Assembly (NCBI RefSeq): GCF_001194135.2
Contig: NC_068981.1
Location: 79,162,631-79,226,630 of the forward strand
Direction of reading: 5' to 3'
Source of the DNA: Octopus bimaculoides
Lineage: Eukaryota
DNA length: 64,000 nt
This document shows, piece by piece, positions 11,600-24,543 of this stretch (positions are counted from its first letter, which is position 1; the number at the start of each line of letters is the position of its first letter). The position numbers and the translations under genes were made by a program. A model generated the notes under the pieces. That model saw nothing but the letters and a program-made list of their open reading frames with translations. It was not told the DNA's origin and did no database searches.

Positions 11600-13960
11600 T
11601 TTAGAAAGTCATTTTGAAGATGTTTGCAAAAAAACAAAAATAAGAGAAGAAAACACATCTCGACTATGCTGCTGTTTCACAGACTAGTCGAGATGTGTTT
11701 TCTTGGACAAAAACTAAATTAGCAAAGCTAGACAGAAAAACTCCACCCAACGGCAGGATTGGCAAGATTATACCTACTTAGAAAGGAAGGCAGAAGAGGG
11801 ATGATATCCGTAGAAGACTGCGTGGAGTTAGCTAGAGTAGATATAGACTCTTATGTAGGTAACAGCGAAGAAAGTTTACTAAGGCTGCTAGAGTCATGGC
11901 AAGATATAGGGAAACCAAAAAACCAAACGAAGTTAAAAAACAGAAAAAAACAACAAAAGTATTCTAACTAGCAGGAGAAGGCTTTGCATGGTAGGTTCCC
12001 AAAGATAGTTTCAGCAAATAGTAGTAGTGAGACATGGTTATGGTTGCAGAAAGTAAGATTGAAAAGGGAGACAGAGAGTTTGTTAGCAGCAGCACAAGAT
12101 CAAGCGTTGAGGACTAATTGGATAAACACCAAGATAGACAAAATCCAAGTAGATTCCCAATGTAGGTTATGCAAATCAAAATAGGGAAGTGTTACTCATA
12201 TACTAAGTGAATGTAGCATGCTGGCACAGAAAGAATACAAGAAACGACATGGCAACCTAGGGAGAGTAATCCACTGGGAGTTATGTAGAAAGCTAGGATT
12301 TGACCATACTGATAAATGGTATGAACATGAACCTAGTAAAGTACTAGAAAGTAAGAAATATAAGATGTTGTGGGACCTTAACATTCAGACTGACAGAGTA
12401 ATAGAAACTAGAAGGTCTGATTTAGTAGTAGTATCAGGTCATTCCATAAGTTCTGTCCGAATCTTGAATAAAGAAAACAAGTGAGCAAATGTTATATTTA
12501 ATTGAAATTTAATCATCAATGTATTCTCCCTGATTATCTATGACTTCCTTCCATCTATTTACAAGCTTTTTAATCCCATCAATGTAAAATTCTTTTGGTT
12601 TCAAAGCGAAGAACTCTGAAATGTCAGTTTCGACCTCCTCCTGGCTTGCGAAAGTTATGTCCCCCAAATGATTCTGTAAACTACGAAATAAATGGTAGTC
12701 TGGAGGAGCAAGGTCGGGAGAATAAGGTGGACGAGGAATTTTTTCCCAACCAAGCTCTTCGATTTTCTGTGATGTGATCTTTGCAGTGTAGGGTCACGCA
12801 TTGTCCTGATGAAACATCACTCTTTTTCGATTCACTAAAGCAGGTCTTTTTTTCTTCAAAGCTTGGTTCAAACGCTCTAATTGCTGACAGTAGACTTGAG
12901 CATTGATTGTTGCATTAGGTGGTAACAATTCAAAGTGAATTACTCCTTTGCAATCCCACCAGATAGAGAGAAAAACCTTTTTTCCGTGAAGTTCCCTTCT
13001 CGGTTGTGGTTGAGCTTTTTCCCTTTTACCAAGCTACTGTTTACGACGTTTAATATTTCGATAGAAGATCCAATTTTCGTCACCAGTCACAAGTCTATCC
13101 AAAAAGGGTTAAATGAGTTCGCGAGAATGGAGAGAAGAGTAGATGTCAACTTGGGATTTGCGGTTACTTTCGGACAATTCATGAGGCACCCATTTTCCAA
13201 GTTTAAGAACCTTTCCAAGTTGTTGAAGATGACGAAGAACAGTTGTATGTTATGAACTAAGCTTTATTGCCAATTCTTCAACTGATAATGTATGATTTTC
13301 TTCAAGTAATGCCTCAAGGAACTTATCATCAAGCTTAACTGGACGTCCTGTTCGATCTTCATCTTCAAGGTTGAAATCTCCACTTCTGAATTTTACAAAC
13401 CATCTTCTGTAAGTTCTTTCATTCAAGCATTCTTTCCCCGGCTGCAGAGTTTCCTTTTTTTGTACTCATAAAGCATTATGTGTCTTAAATGCTCTTTGGA
13501 TACTTCCATGTTAAAAAGGGTTTTAATCAAAGAAATTTTAATTCTATTATTCTGTAAAATAATATTTAATTAGTTTAAATGTACACAAATGCATAAAAAT
13601 AATTTTTAATTCCATTAGACATTCTAAAATACTATTAAATTTCATTCAATTTTAAAAAAGGTAAAATCGGACTGAACTTATGGGATGACCTGATAGATAA
13701 AAAGAATAGAACATGCCAGGTAACTGACATATGATGAAAATATCAATATGAGAGGTATAGAAAAAATAGCAAAGTATCAGGACCTAACCATTGAATTACA
13801 GAGACTATGGAAAGTATAGATAAAATGTATCCCAGTAGTTATAGGTGCAATAGGAAATATCCCTAAATATTTGAACAGTTGGATAGAGGAAATAGGCATA
13901 AAACCCAGTTTAGTGCAGCTCCAAAAAACAGTATTATTGAAGAAATTATTGAGAAACAGA
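11600..13960 (+). mobile_element. REL-endonuclease LINE fragment (RT C-terminus, CCHC, REL), split by a mariner insertion
   Basis: RLYLLRKEGRRG, AAQDQALRTN, CRLC..HILSEC, RRSDLVVV|DKKNRTCQV; the sequence resumes in register at 13696. Confidence 0.88.
12434..13693 (-). mobile_element. Mariner transposon with both TIRs (1260 bp), TA target duplication, disabled transposase
   Basis: TIRs TCAGGTCAT(T/C)CCATAAGTTC(T/A)GTCCGA; TA at 12432-33 and 13694-95; ORF starts MEVSKEHLRHIMLYEYKKG at 13509 and includes RTGRP, GDEKW, HQDNA. Confidence 0.95.
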
Positions 13961-14129
13961 CATAGATACATGCACCCCAAACGTAAAGTAAAGGGAAAAC
14001 GCACAGCACTAATGTAGAGTGTCTACACAAACTAAAATATACCAATATAAATCCTCGGCAAGAAGATATGATAAACAAGGGGAATGTACAACTTGTAAGT
14101 AAAAAGAACAGCAATTGGAAAACCGCAGG

Positions 14130-14600
14130 CCCAGAAGGAGTTCAAGGATATTGCGTAAAGTATTTTACTGAATGTTATGAAAGGATAGAGGAACAATTTG
14201 CCTGTTACTTGAAAAACACGCAGAAATCTCAAGCTGATTGACCAGGGGCAGAACAGTATTGTTCCAGAAAGAAGTATTAAACTATCAAGAGAAGCTCTTG
14301 ACAGCTTCAGGTCAATCTATCTATCTGTCATGTGGAAGCTATTAAACGGAATACTGACAAATGCAATGTACGGCTTCATGGAGCGGAATATCATTATACC
14401 GGAAGAGCAACAAAGGTGCGAACGTGAATACAGGGGAACCTAAGACTAATAACTGAGAAGTAAAACAGTACTGAAAGACTGCAAAAAGCGCAAAGCGAGC
14501 TAAAGGATGGCTTTGACAGACTACCGGAAAGCATACGATATAGCTTCTCATTCGTGAATTGTGGATTCCTTAAAAATATTTGTAATTGCGTGCAATATCG
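14130..14600 (+). mobile_element. Non-LTR retrotransposon RT fragment
   Basis: VMWKLLNGIL..., PEEQQRC, DYRKAYD motifs interrupted by stops. Confidence 0.7.
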
Positions 14601-14602
14601 CG

Positions 14603-14910
14603 AAGGCGCATGGCTTGGTGGTTAGGTTATTTGGCTCACGAACGTAAGGTCGTGAGTTCAAATCCCACCGGGACGTTGAGTCCTCGAGCAAGATGTTGTT
14701 CCCGTCCGCTCAGCTGGCAAAGTGAGTTGTACCCATAATTCAAAGAGCCAGCCTTGTCATATTTTGTATCATGCTGAATCTTCATGAGAACTGCGTTAAG
14801 CGTATGCGTGTCTGTGGAGTGCTCAGCCACTTGCACGTAAATTTCACGAGCAAGCTGTTCCGTTGATCGGATCAACTGGAACCCTCGTCGTCGTCGTAAT
14901 CGACGGAGTG
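14603..14910 (+). mobile_element. tRNA-derived SINE, CpG-intact
   Basis: A box TGGCTTGGTGG, B box GAGTTCAAATCC; related antisense pieces at ~3940-4050 and ~24560-24750. Confidence 0.75.
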
Positions 14911-15479
14911 CTCTATTGTGAATTTATTGAGCAGGAATATTATGGATGGATGGACCACTGAACTCATAGAGCTTTGGCTTTATCAAAATCAAACGTGGAA
15001 TCTTCCACTGAGATTGCTTGTTGCCATTACATTTTGTTTTGTGTATGATGACGCTGACTTTGACTTTTGAGAAACGCTAACGAGTTCAAGGAAAGCTCGT
15101 ACCTTTTATAGACGACATCAAGCTTTATGGGAGAAACGGAAAGCAGCTGAATTCACTGATTCAAATAGTGTTTTGCTTTAGCGCAAATATTATAAATGGA
15201 ATTTGAGGTGAAAAGCTGTTGCGTGTTAATTCTAAAAAGGGGTAAAGTTCAACAAAAGGACGGTACGAAATTGGCCACTGAAGAGTTAGTGAAGAGAAGA
15301 GACAAAGGAGGATACAGGTAACTATATATTTTGGAACTAGGCAAATTGATGGAAAGCCAAATAAAGAAGATATATTATAGAAGACTGATTGAGTTTTGGA
15401 GACAAAACGCAACGGAAGAAATAGGTTCCAAACAACAAAGACATACGCAATCTTTTTTGTCTTGAGATATTGAGTAGAA

Positions 15480-16110
15480 GTGATATTGGCAAGGATTGAT
15501 AAGTTGTGAGGACTGTTTTCAGTTACAGGATAATGATATTGCTTGGTATATAAAGTTGTGAAAGTAAGGAAGGCAGGTTTATTAAATACTGAAAGCTGTC
15601 GGGATTACATGAAATTCAAAATAAAGACAGAAACAAAGAGGTAAAACAAATAAGAAGATACTTGATCAGTTTTTGAGTTAGATACCAGGGATACAGATCT
15701 AGATGTGGTTACAAAAAACAACCTGAAATCTAAATCTGAAGCCTTGATATGCACAGCATAGGAATAAGCGTTGAGAACTACATCAAACTACATAAATGGA
15801 TCATACCGCATAATCAGATGAATGCAGAATATATGGTGAAACATATATTGTGACAATATGGCATATTTTTAGCGAATGTAGCAAATTAGTCCAGTGAGAA
15901 TACAAGAGGAGGCATGACAGAATGGTTCCCTGGGAACTATGTAGCAAGTTTGGGTTGGAAAAGATGACAAAATTGCATGAACATGAACTAAAGGGTATGG
16001 TAGAAAATGCTAGAACCAAGATACTTTGGAATTTCACGAACCGATGTGATCATGCAATTGAACATCGAGAATTTGATGCTGTATTAGTGGACAAATGAGA
16101 AAACTCGTGT
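15480..16110 (+). mobile_element. REL-endonuclease LINE fragment, decayed
   Basis: LKSKSEALICTA.E.ALRT, SDECRI, HIFSECSKL, RRHD, LWNF..RCDH motifs across frameshifts. Confidence 0.7.
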
Positions 16111-16543
16111 CTGATCTCAGACATCGTCGGAAAAGGAGAAAGCATTACTTACCGGCCGAAAAACAATCTAATACAGTTTCTATTGCATATCATGAAGTTT
16201 TATTCAACTCGATGGCTATTTACAATACCAGTAAATGTTTATTCACTGTCCTCCTATATATCGTTGGTCATAAATTCTTAAAACATGCAGATGGTTGTGT
16301 GTACATGCCATTGACAACACTCAACGTGGCTGAATTGCATCTGATGTTCGTGTTAGCCCCTACTAGGACGATTTCCGTCTCCCTCCGATAGATATTGTGT
16401 TTTTAAACACAGCACATCCATACGAGGTTATCTCTGAACAAATATCGCAGAAAATTTGCCTTTCAACGATGTATTTATATTATTATGATACATAGATGGC
16501 TATTTTAATCTAATAGTGCTTCTATTGCATATAGCAGAATAAC

Positions 16544-16576
<33 letters not shown>

Positions 16577-16739
16577 CATACATACATAATACATACATAC
16601 ACACATACATGTATGTACGTATGTATGTATGTATGTATGTATGTATGCACGTACGTATATATGTATATAATTGGATATACGAGTAGAGTATGTGTGTGTG
16701 CATGAACGACTATGTAAGTATACCTATTCGTGTACGTTG

Positions 16740-17260
16740 GGAGTGTTTATGGACTCCTAAAAGTCGCTAGACACTTGCCCCAAATACATAAGTACAGAAA
16801 AATATTCACTATACATACCTTAAAAATTTCTTTGATCTGTGCACCTAGTATAAAGAAAATCTTAGAAGGTAGGCCTATGCCTGAAATAGAATCAGGATGG
16901 TCATGCAGAGGTGGTATCTCATGTCCACTAAACGGCCAGTACAACACAGATGCCGTTCTATTTAAGATGCATGTGATGTCAAAGTATCACCGCGGATCGA
17001 CGGACATGTTGAAATATGTGGATGCAAGAGATTATCCCTCCAGGACTAGATTTAACAACCACAAGTCTTCAATATCTAGGGGAAGCGAAATGTCACAGAC
17101 CTAATGAGGCACATTCGGTCGTTGAAAGAAATCGCAGCTGATTACATCATCAAGTGGAGAGTACTGGAGAGTACTGCTTCAATAGCAGCGGGGGACGCAG
17201 GCACTGCTTGGCAGGGAAAAGAACTATACAAAAGAATTCTCTTCACTCAGATATCTACTT
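16740..17260 (+). mobile_element. Penelope-like element GIY-YIG endonuclease remnant
   Basis: RHLP..HKYRKIF...KIS..CAP, SC...CPLNG, TRFNNHKSS, IIKWRVL: the Penelope C-terminal pattern, with stops. Confidence 0.75.
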
Positions 17261-18619
17261 AAACTGTAAAAGTGAAATTTTTTGATCCAGCCCTTATGAG
17301 CTGATATGCACTTAGATACTTGCTACCCGCACCATTAATATAAACGTTAGAGCTTCCATCATCAGTACTTCCCATCACCATAATATGGATTTGGCATAAG
17401 GTTTTCCGCCCTCAGCTTATTACATCCAAACTCACACATATACATATACACATGATTAACCCTCCCCATCTCCAGTTTCTGCATCAGCTTTTCATAGGTT
17501 GGGGGCATAGGTTGGGCAAGTCATCACAGTCCAAGTTCTTACTGAGAGCTGTTTTTTCCATACACTGCAACTTGTCATCTGTCTTCGTTTCAACAACTGG
17601 CTGGCTTTCCTATTACTAACCACTTTATAGAAGGCATTAGATGCATTTTCTAATAATACCAGCACTAGAGAGGTGGAATAGTCTTCAGCAAGATGGCATA
17701 AAAAATGACCTCACAACACTATGCCTTCTCTGCTATCCATATTATTGTGTGTATTGGGTGAAATTTTTGTTGGACCAACACTGAAGAGAGTGCAATTTGT
17801 CAGCTTTCTGCTATGGTACTACCACAGGAGATGGGCCGCCTTGTACACAGTAAGTAGACTACTCTGTAATGTAAAACATGTAAATCGAGGAGGGAAAATA
17901 CGAGAGAGAGGGGGGCAGGAGGAAAATAGAGAGGGAGAGAGAGAGAGAGAGAGAGACAGAGTGACAGAGAGAGAGAGAGAGAGACAGAGTGACAGAGAGA
18001 GAGAGAGAGAGAGACAGAGTGACAGAGAGACAGATAGCAGCAGCAAGATCAATGATAAGTAAGGGGAACAAGACTAAGTGTAGAGGGTATTCAATAACCT
18101 AGTACATGTACCTTTGCTGATGAGAAGTGGGTGTGATGACATTAGAAGGACCAGAAGTATTCTAAAAGAAGGTGGTTTATTTGGTGGGTGGAGCCAGGAG
18201 GAAAGGGATTAGCAGTAGCAGAGGTGGACAAAGGTAAGGGTTGGTGCAGAGATAATAGTTGTTATTGATGGCAACAAATATAGAAGTGATTCTGAGGTGG
18301 GAGCAAGGGTGATGTCTGGCAATACAGAGTGTATTGCGTAGAGGGATGAGAGTGGGCTGATGAAGGTTTTATTATCAGAGATAAAGAGACGGGAAGGGAG
18401 AGGAACAAAGAGGAAGGAGGATATGGAAAACCTGACTAGAAGCATCAGCAGCAGATCATAACTATCTGGATGGACAGGCCCCACACACATCCCCTTATCA
18501 TCTAACAATCTAAATGGTGGAAACTGACTTCTTTTCAGAAAATTGTAGTCTCACAAAGATTGATGTCAGTTAATGTTCTAATACAAAAAACAAATAATGA
18601 AAATAACACATTAACTCAA

Positions 18620-19300
18620 TCCTAATAAATACATGGGTCTTGATCAAATTCCAACTTAAATCCCGAAGAAAGGCTGTAAAGAACTAGCTAGCCATCTCCA
18701 TGCATCATCTATTTCTATTGCTTTATCATTGGCTTATTTCCAAACCAATGCAAAATTGTCCCTGTAGTTATACATAAGAACTATTCCATGGAAATGTTAA
18801 TATATATATATCATTCATCACCAAAATAATAGAAAGAGCATAAATAATACAAGGCCTCTCTGCTTGAGAAATTAACATATTTCATGCAGGAAATTCAACT
18901 TCAATCCAACTTTCTTACTAGCTTTTCTCAAACCAGGAATAATTTACATGGGCAACATCAGGAGGTACATAGCTATGGAGATAAAAGAAATGTTTAACGG
19001 TCTGACAAAATGAACTCTTTTGGGTCAATTCTCTGATACACTAACCACGAAGCTTAATATTTGGTCTGCTTGTCCTCAGTTTCAGAGATGATTTCTCAAT
19101 GCTTGCAAAAACAATCTTTACTTAAATGATGCTACTATCAGATTATTTGTACAAATAAAAACAGCAGCTGAATGAAAACTTGCAACAGTCTATTTAAACA
19201 GAATTGTGTCTGGTTGAAAGCCTAGGTGATATTTAAACCATTAAAGTGTAAAGCAACGGTTTTAACAGGCAAAAGAAGACCATAAAATCTTAAATTGCAA
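18620..19300 (+). mobile_element. Highly decayed CR1/L2-type LINE fragment
   Basis: Remnants of G.DQIP...CKELAS...KIVPV only. Confidence 0.45.
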
Positions 19301-21039
19301 TTTAGGAATTGTAAATTGCCAATGAAAAAGATATGTAAAATTCTGATTGAAACTATGCACAGCAAGTAGATGTAAGCAGAACATATTTTCACTCTCTATA
19401 ACAGAGTTGCACAAAGGCTCTGAGGCCTGCAAAACATAAATCTAGAACATGATGGAGTGTGCCTGTTCATCTTTAAGGACGTGTCAGTTAACAGTCAAAT
19501 TAACTCAATCCAAAAGCAAGTATTGAAATCGTTGCATTTGCTAAAATTTAAGTTGCAAAAAATCTTGCCATAAACAGTTTAGAACACAAGAGATATTTCC
19601 ATCACTCTTTGAAAGATGTTATGTGAGGACTGGCACTTTTCATACCTGCACATAACCTCTAAATTCCTGATGCCAAGTCCCATACAATAAGCTTTCTGCA
19701 GAAGTTTGTTCCATATAAACAACATATGGAACAAATTTTTGCAAGCTACAATTAAAATCATAAAACTGAGAATACAAGATATTTCCTGTCACTTTCCCTT
19801 GCAGTAGCAAACAGTGATGCTCAAATGCATGCACTATGAAGTTTTATATACACACCACTTACACCATCATCATCATCATTTATCATCCATTGTCCATGCT
19901 GGTATGGGTTGGACAGTTTAACCAAGGCTGATAAGCTGAAGGGTAGCACCAGATTACAGTCTGATTTAGCATAGTTTCTATGGTTGGATGCCCTTCCTAA
20001 CACCAACCACTCCAAGAGTGTAATGAGTGCTTTTGTGTGTCACCAGCACAGGCGCCAGCTGTGTGACACCAGTATCTGCCACAACTACAATTTCACTTGG
20101 CTTGATAGGTCTTCTCAAGCACAAAGGTCTCAGTTATTTGTCATTGCCTTTGTGAGGCCCAACACTCAAAAAATGCTTTTTATGTGCCACCAACATTGGT
20201 CACATTGCCTCCAGGAGGCCCAATGCTTGAAAGATGCTTTTTATGTGCCAGTTACGTGACACCAACAATGACCACAACTATGATTTCATTTGACTTGAGA
20301 TGTGTTATATGCAGGCATTGTTGTGTAATTGAGTTCACTTCACAACCACATAGTCATACATTCACCCTACAATGAGGCACCTTGGGTCTCTACTATTGCC
20401 TCAGGCCAACCAATACGAGTAAAATTAGTCTTTGGATATTACATGGAAGCCTTCCATTTGTGTGTGTATATGTGTGTACTCTCCAACACCTAATTTCATG
20501 TATTGTCACTTATCATCTCCTTTCTCATTCACTCCTATTTTCCTTTACTTTCCCCAAAACAGATTTGCTATTGACTATGCCTCCACTTGTGTTCACCATT
20601 CACTACATTCACCTGCGTCTCCATCTCTAACCATTTGGCACTCTCTTTTCACATTCAAGAACTTACCCAACCTCTGCACCTTTTCTCTCTTGTATTTACC
20701 TTCTTGTACCTTGAAGTACCTGACACCTCAACACTATTATTATTATTTCTATTTTTCCAGCTGAGAGAGTCATGTATCTCCTCTAAAGCAAGACACCAGT
20801 TCATGTCCTACTACAAGTACTTTGGCTTATCAACACCTGGCATTAACTCCTTCAATACTGCCCTTCAACTGAGTAGAAGGGTTTTTTCTTGAGTTACTTG
20901 CTGACATGCCAGTGCCATAAAACAAAAAAAAAATCAAAACAAAGCACCCAGTACATACTATAAAGTAGCAGATGTTAAGAAAGGCATTCAATCATAGAAA
21001 TCATACCAAAGACATTAGGCATTGATGCAATTCTCTGGC

Positions 21040-21671
21040 TTGTCAGAACCTGCCAAACCTTCAAACCTATGCCATTAACACCACAAATGAACACAAGCTG
21101 TGATGTACAAGAGAGATCAGTAGACTCATCCATTTGCAAGAGAATACCACAAAAATGTCCTAGCTTTCTCATGTATCTGTAACTGTATATTCTCTCCAAG
21201 TTCTTCTATTCTCCACGCAACTGAATTTGCTGAAAGGCTGATACAGCCAAACATGTTAGCTTTTTCAGGACACAAGTCATTTGCTGCTTCCATCATGCAC
21301 TCTTTTACAAAGTTTCCGTCAGTAAATGGTTTTCCTCGCTCTGCCAACTTATTCACTATTTTGTAACTTACATGAGTGATAGATTCATTTTCAACAAACA
21401 TTTTCGTAAAGAAATTCCTTTGAGATTCCAAACTACATTTCATAGATTCAAATTTCTCAGACCGCAACTTTCCAGAATATTTAGAATGTGTTGAGAGATG
21501 TTTTGCTTCATAGTGACGACAAATATTGTACTCCTTCATAACAGCAACACTTTTGTTGCATAGCAGGCAACTAGCTTTCTGGTCATTTGTTTCCACAAAG
21601 AAGTACTTTTCTCCCCATTCTTTATTGAAAATGTGACATTCATCATCAACCTTTCTCTTCTTAGTAGCCAT
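21040..21671 (-). mobile_element. hAT (Charlie/SPIN-like) transposase N-terminal fragment
   Basis: MATKKRKVD...FNKEW...CLLC...RHYEAKH BED finger, GKPFTDGNFVKEC, then DESTD after a frameshift. Confidence 0.9.
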
Positions 21672-22943
21672 ACAATGGGTGAAGAAAAAAACCAAAAGCA
21701 GTCTTAGGCCTCGGCGTCAGATATTCTCGCTTTAATTGTAACTAGCAGGACCCGTAAATAATTCATGGAAAACAGAAAATGTAAGCATCTATAAACAGTG
21801 TACCGGTGCCATGAGAAATGTTTGCATATTATGACCGTCTGTCTTTACGTTCTGAGTTCAAATTCTTCTGAGGTCAACTTTACTTGTTGTCCTTTCGGGG
21901 TTGATAAATTAAGTACCAGTTGTGTACTGGAGTCGATCTAATCAACTGGCCCCCTCCCCACAAAAATTTCAGGCCTAGAAAAGTATATTGTGACAGTTAC
22001 AGAATATAGAAAGTAATGTAACANNNNNNNNNNAATTTCAGGCCTAGAAAAGTATATTGTGACAGTTACAGAATATAGAAAGTAATGTAACACCAATGAC
22101 TATATAATCCAACCAAAATATCTGTTACACAAACGTAAACAGAATTACTATTTAACCTTAAAATACACATACAAATAAAATGGTACATATTCAAAGAACC
22201 TTCTTGGTTAAGTGGTACTGGACGTTTTCCTGGTATTCTTTTATTTGTTTGTCATTTCACTGTGGCCATGCTGGATCACCACCCTTTAGGCAAAATAATT
22301 GACCCCTGGACTTATTCTCGGTAAGCCTGGTGCTTATTCTATCAGTCTCTTCTGCTGAACAGCTAAACTACAAGGACGCAAACGCACCAACATTGGTTGT
22401 CAAGCAATGCTGGTGGTGGGACAAACACACACACAAACACACACTCATACATACATACATACATACATATATGATGGGCTTGGCGGTAGTGGTAATGCTG
22501 GCTGGTGCAATTTTGTGGCTTGCCGAGAGAGATACAGCAGGCACCTAACTGGTTCCCTGATCTTAAAGATGTAATGTGGATGTGTAATGATGGAGTGGCT
22601 GGTGTGCTGGTGATGCTAGGTGGTCTTCCTCACAGTACTTCATAATAGACAACATTTTGTGTGTATGTCACACCACATTTTTGGCCTTGTCTGTTACTCC
22701 AACTTTGTATCATTACTCTTACTTTGATATTGTTCATAGCTCATGCTCTTGAAAATGCAAGATATAATTGGCCATGAGAAAATACTTTTTCAAATGTTTG
22801 CCCTTGAGCTTTATTAATTATCATTGAATATGCAAGTCAAAGTGGAAACTGAAGTCTGTTTAGTGTGAATGGAATATTTGCATCACTTGGGCTAAGTTTA
22901 ATTCTGGGAATTTTTTTTTTTTTTTTCCATTTTTTCTTATATA

Positions 22944-23381
22944 CAAAAGGGTGCAGAATGTTGCACCGAAAACCAGCTGGTGGAGAATCTGCCTGGGGTT
23001 AAACCAGAAGTAACCTTGAACTACTATTTTGATGTGGAGACTGGCTTTACGGCTTAGTATACATTACTACTCTATCTCTTCTTGAGATTTTAAAATTAGG
23101 TATTTTGCTTACAATATAGCGTTGACAGAAGTGGGTCTTAGCTATTGCTCCAGTGCACAGGTGCTCATGGCTGATGATGAGCCAAATAGCTCAGAACTGA
23201 GTCAGTCTCGTGATCCTGTTTAGCTGCTGGAGGGTAGTAGGGGATTCGCTCCACCTGCTAACAATATATTGTATATAAAGGGTGCAGAGCGTTGCACCAA
23301 TAACCAGCTGGCAGAGAATCTGCCCAGGGTTAAACTAGTAGTGACATTCAACTGCTACTTTGATATAGTGACTGGCTTTAC
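22944..23381 (+). mobile_element. Retrozyme-like 1.3-mer: ~107-bp direct repeats with 331-bp period enclosing a hammerhead
   Basis: 22944-23050 and 23275-23381 are diverged colinear repeats with no net length change, each carrying a GGTGCA-N6-TGCACC hairpin. The hammerhead lies between them, and the second copy ends where an RTE/SINE-type tail begins. Confidence 0.6.
23165..23213 (+). ncRNA. Type I hammerhead ribozyme motif (degenerate)
   Basis: TCATGG-CTGATGA-TGAGC(CAAATA)GCTCA-GAA-CTGA(G)TCAG-TC-TCGTGA: stem I of 6 bp (2 G.U), intact CUGAUGA, perfect 5-bp stem II, palindromic stem III, GUC cleavage triplet. One A of GAAA is missing. Confidence 0.75.
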
Positions 23382-24390
23382 TATATATCATCATCATCAT
23401 CATTGTTTAACATCCGCTTTCCATGCTAGCATGGGTTGGACGATTTGACTGAGGACTGGTGAAACCAGATGGCTATACCAGGCTCCAATCTGATTTGGCA
23501 GAGTTACTACAGCTGGATGCCCTTCTTAACGCCAACCACTCAGAGAGTGTAGTGTGTGCTTTTACGTGTCACCCACACGAAGGCCAGTCAGGCGGTACTG
23601 GCAACGGCCACGCTCAAAAGGGTGTATTTTATGTGCCACCCACACAAGAGCCAGTCCAGCGGCACTGGCAATGATCTCGCTCGATATACACAGCTTCAGT
23701 AACCGTTGCAATTGCAGCCTTGCTATAATACCTTACTGTATGTGAGCGTGTATGTGTGTGTGTTATTGTCTCCGTGTTTGTTCCCCCACCACTGCTTGAC
23801 AACTGGTGTTGGCTTGTTTACATCCCCCATAACTTAGCAGTTCAGCAAAAGAAACTGACAGAATAACTACCAGGCTCAAAAGGAAAAAAAATAAGTACTC
23901 TAGTCAATTCATTCAACTAAAAGTTCTTGAAGGTGGTGCCCCAGCATGGCCACAGTCTAATGACTGAAACAAATGAAGATAAATAGGAAAGAGATAGATG
24001 TAAGTCTGGATCTATGGCAGAGGTGTTGGCCTGCTTGTGTAATTAAGAAGTTTGCCTTGCAACCACGTGGTTTTTTGTTCCGTCCTATTGCATGACACAT
24101 CAGGAAAATGTTTTCTACAATAGCCACTGACTGATTAATGCCTTGTGTGAGTAAATTTGGTAGATGGAAACTATGCAAAAGTCTGTTGCATGTGTGCACA
24201 CGCGTGCTTGTCTTTTGCTACTTAGCAACCAGTCTTTGTTTGTTTATGTTTCTATAACTTAGCAATTCACAGCAAAAACAGATTAAAAGTATAAATACCA
24301 AACTTAAAATAAGTATTGGGATTGATTTCTTTGGTTAAACCCCTCAAGGCAATACTTCAGCATAGCCACAGTCCATGTAAAAGAATAAAG

Positions 24391-24543
24391 ACTATTAATC
24401 GCGTGCGTGCGTGCGTGTGTGAAATAAAGATCAAAGGTCCTTCCTGAGTCATAGGTTCACAAGGTCACTATTAATCGCGCGCGCGTGCGTGCATGTGAAA
24501 TAAAGATCAAAGGTCCTTTCTGAGTCATAGGTTCACAAGGTCA
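24391..24543. repeat. ~77-bp tandem duplication
   Basis: ACTATTAATCGCG...AAATAAAGATCAAAGGTCC..CTGAGTCATAGGTTCACAAGGTCA occurs twice. Confidence 0.85.

Noticed and set aside
14603-14680. tRNA-like heads as tRNA genes
   Set aside because: A/B boxes are present, but there is no complete cloverleaf and the sequence continues into SINE bodies.
21964-22092. Identical ~59-bp repeat on both sides of a 10-N gap
   Set aside because: Typical unmerged contig overlap, so an assembly artefact.
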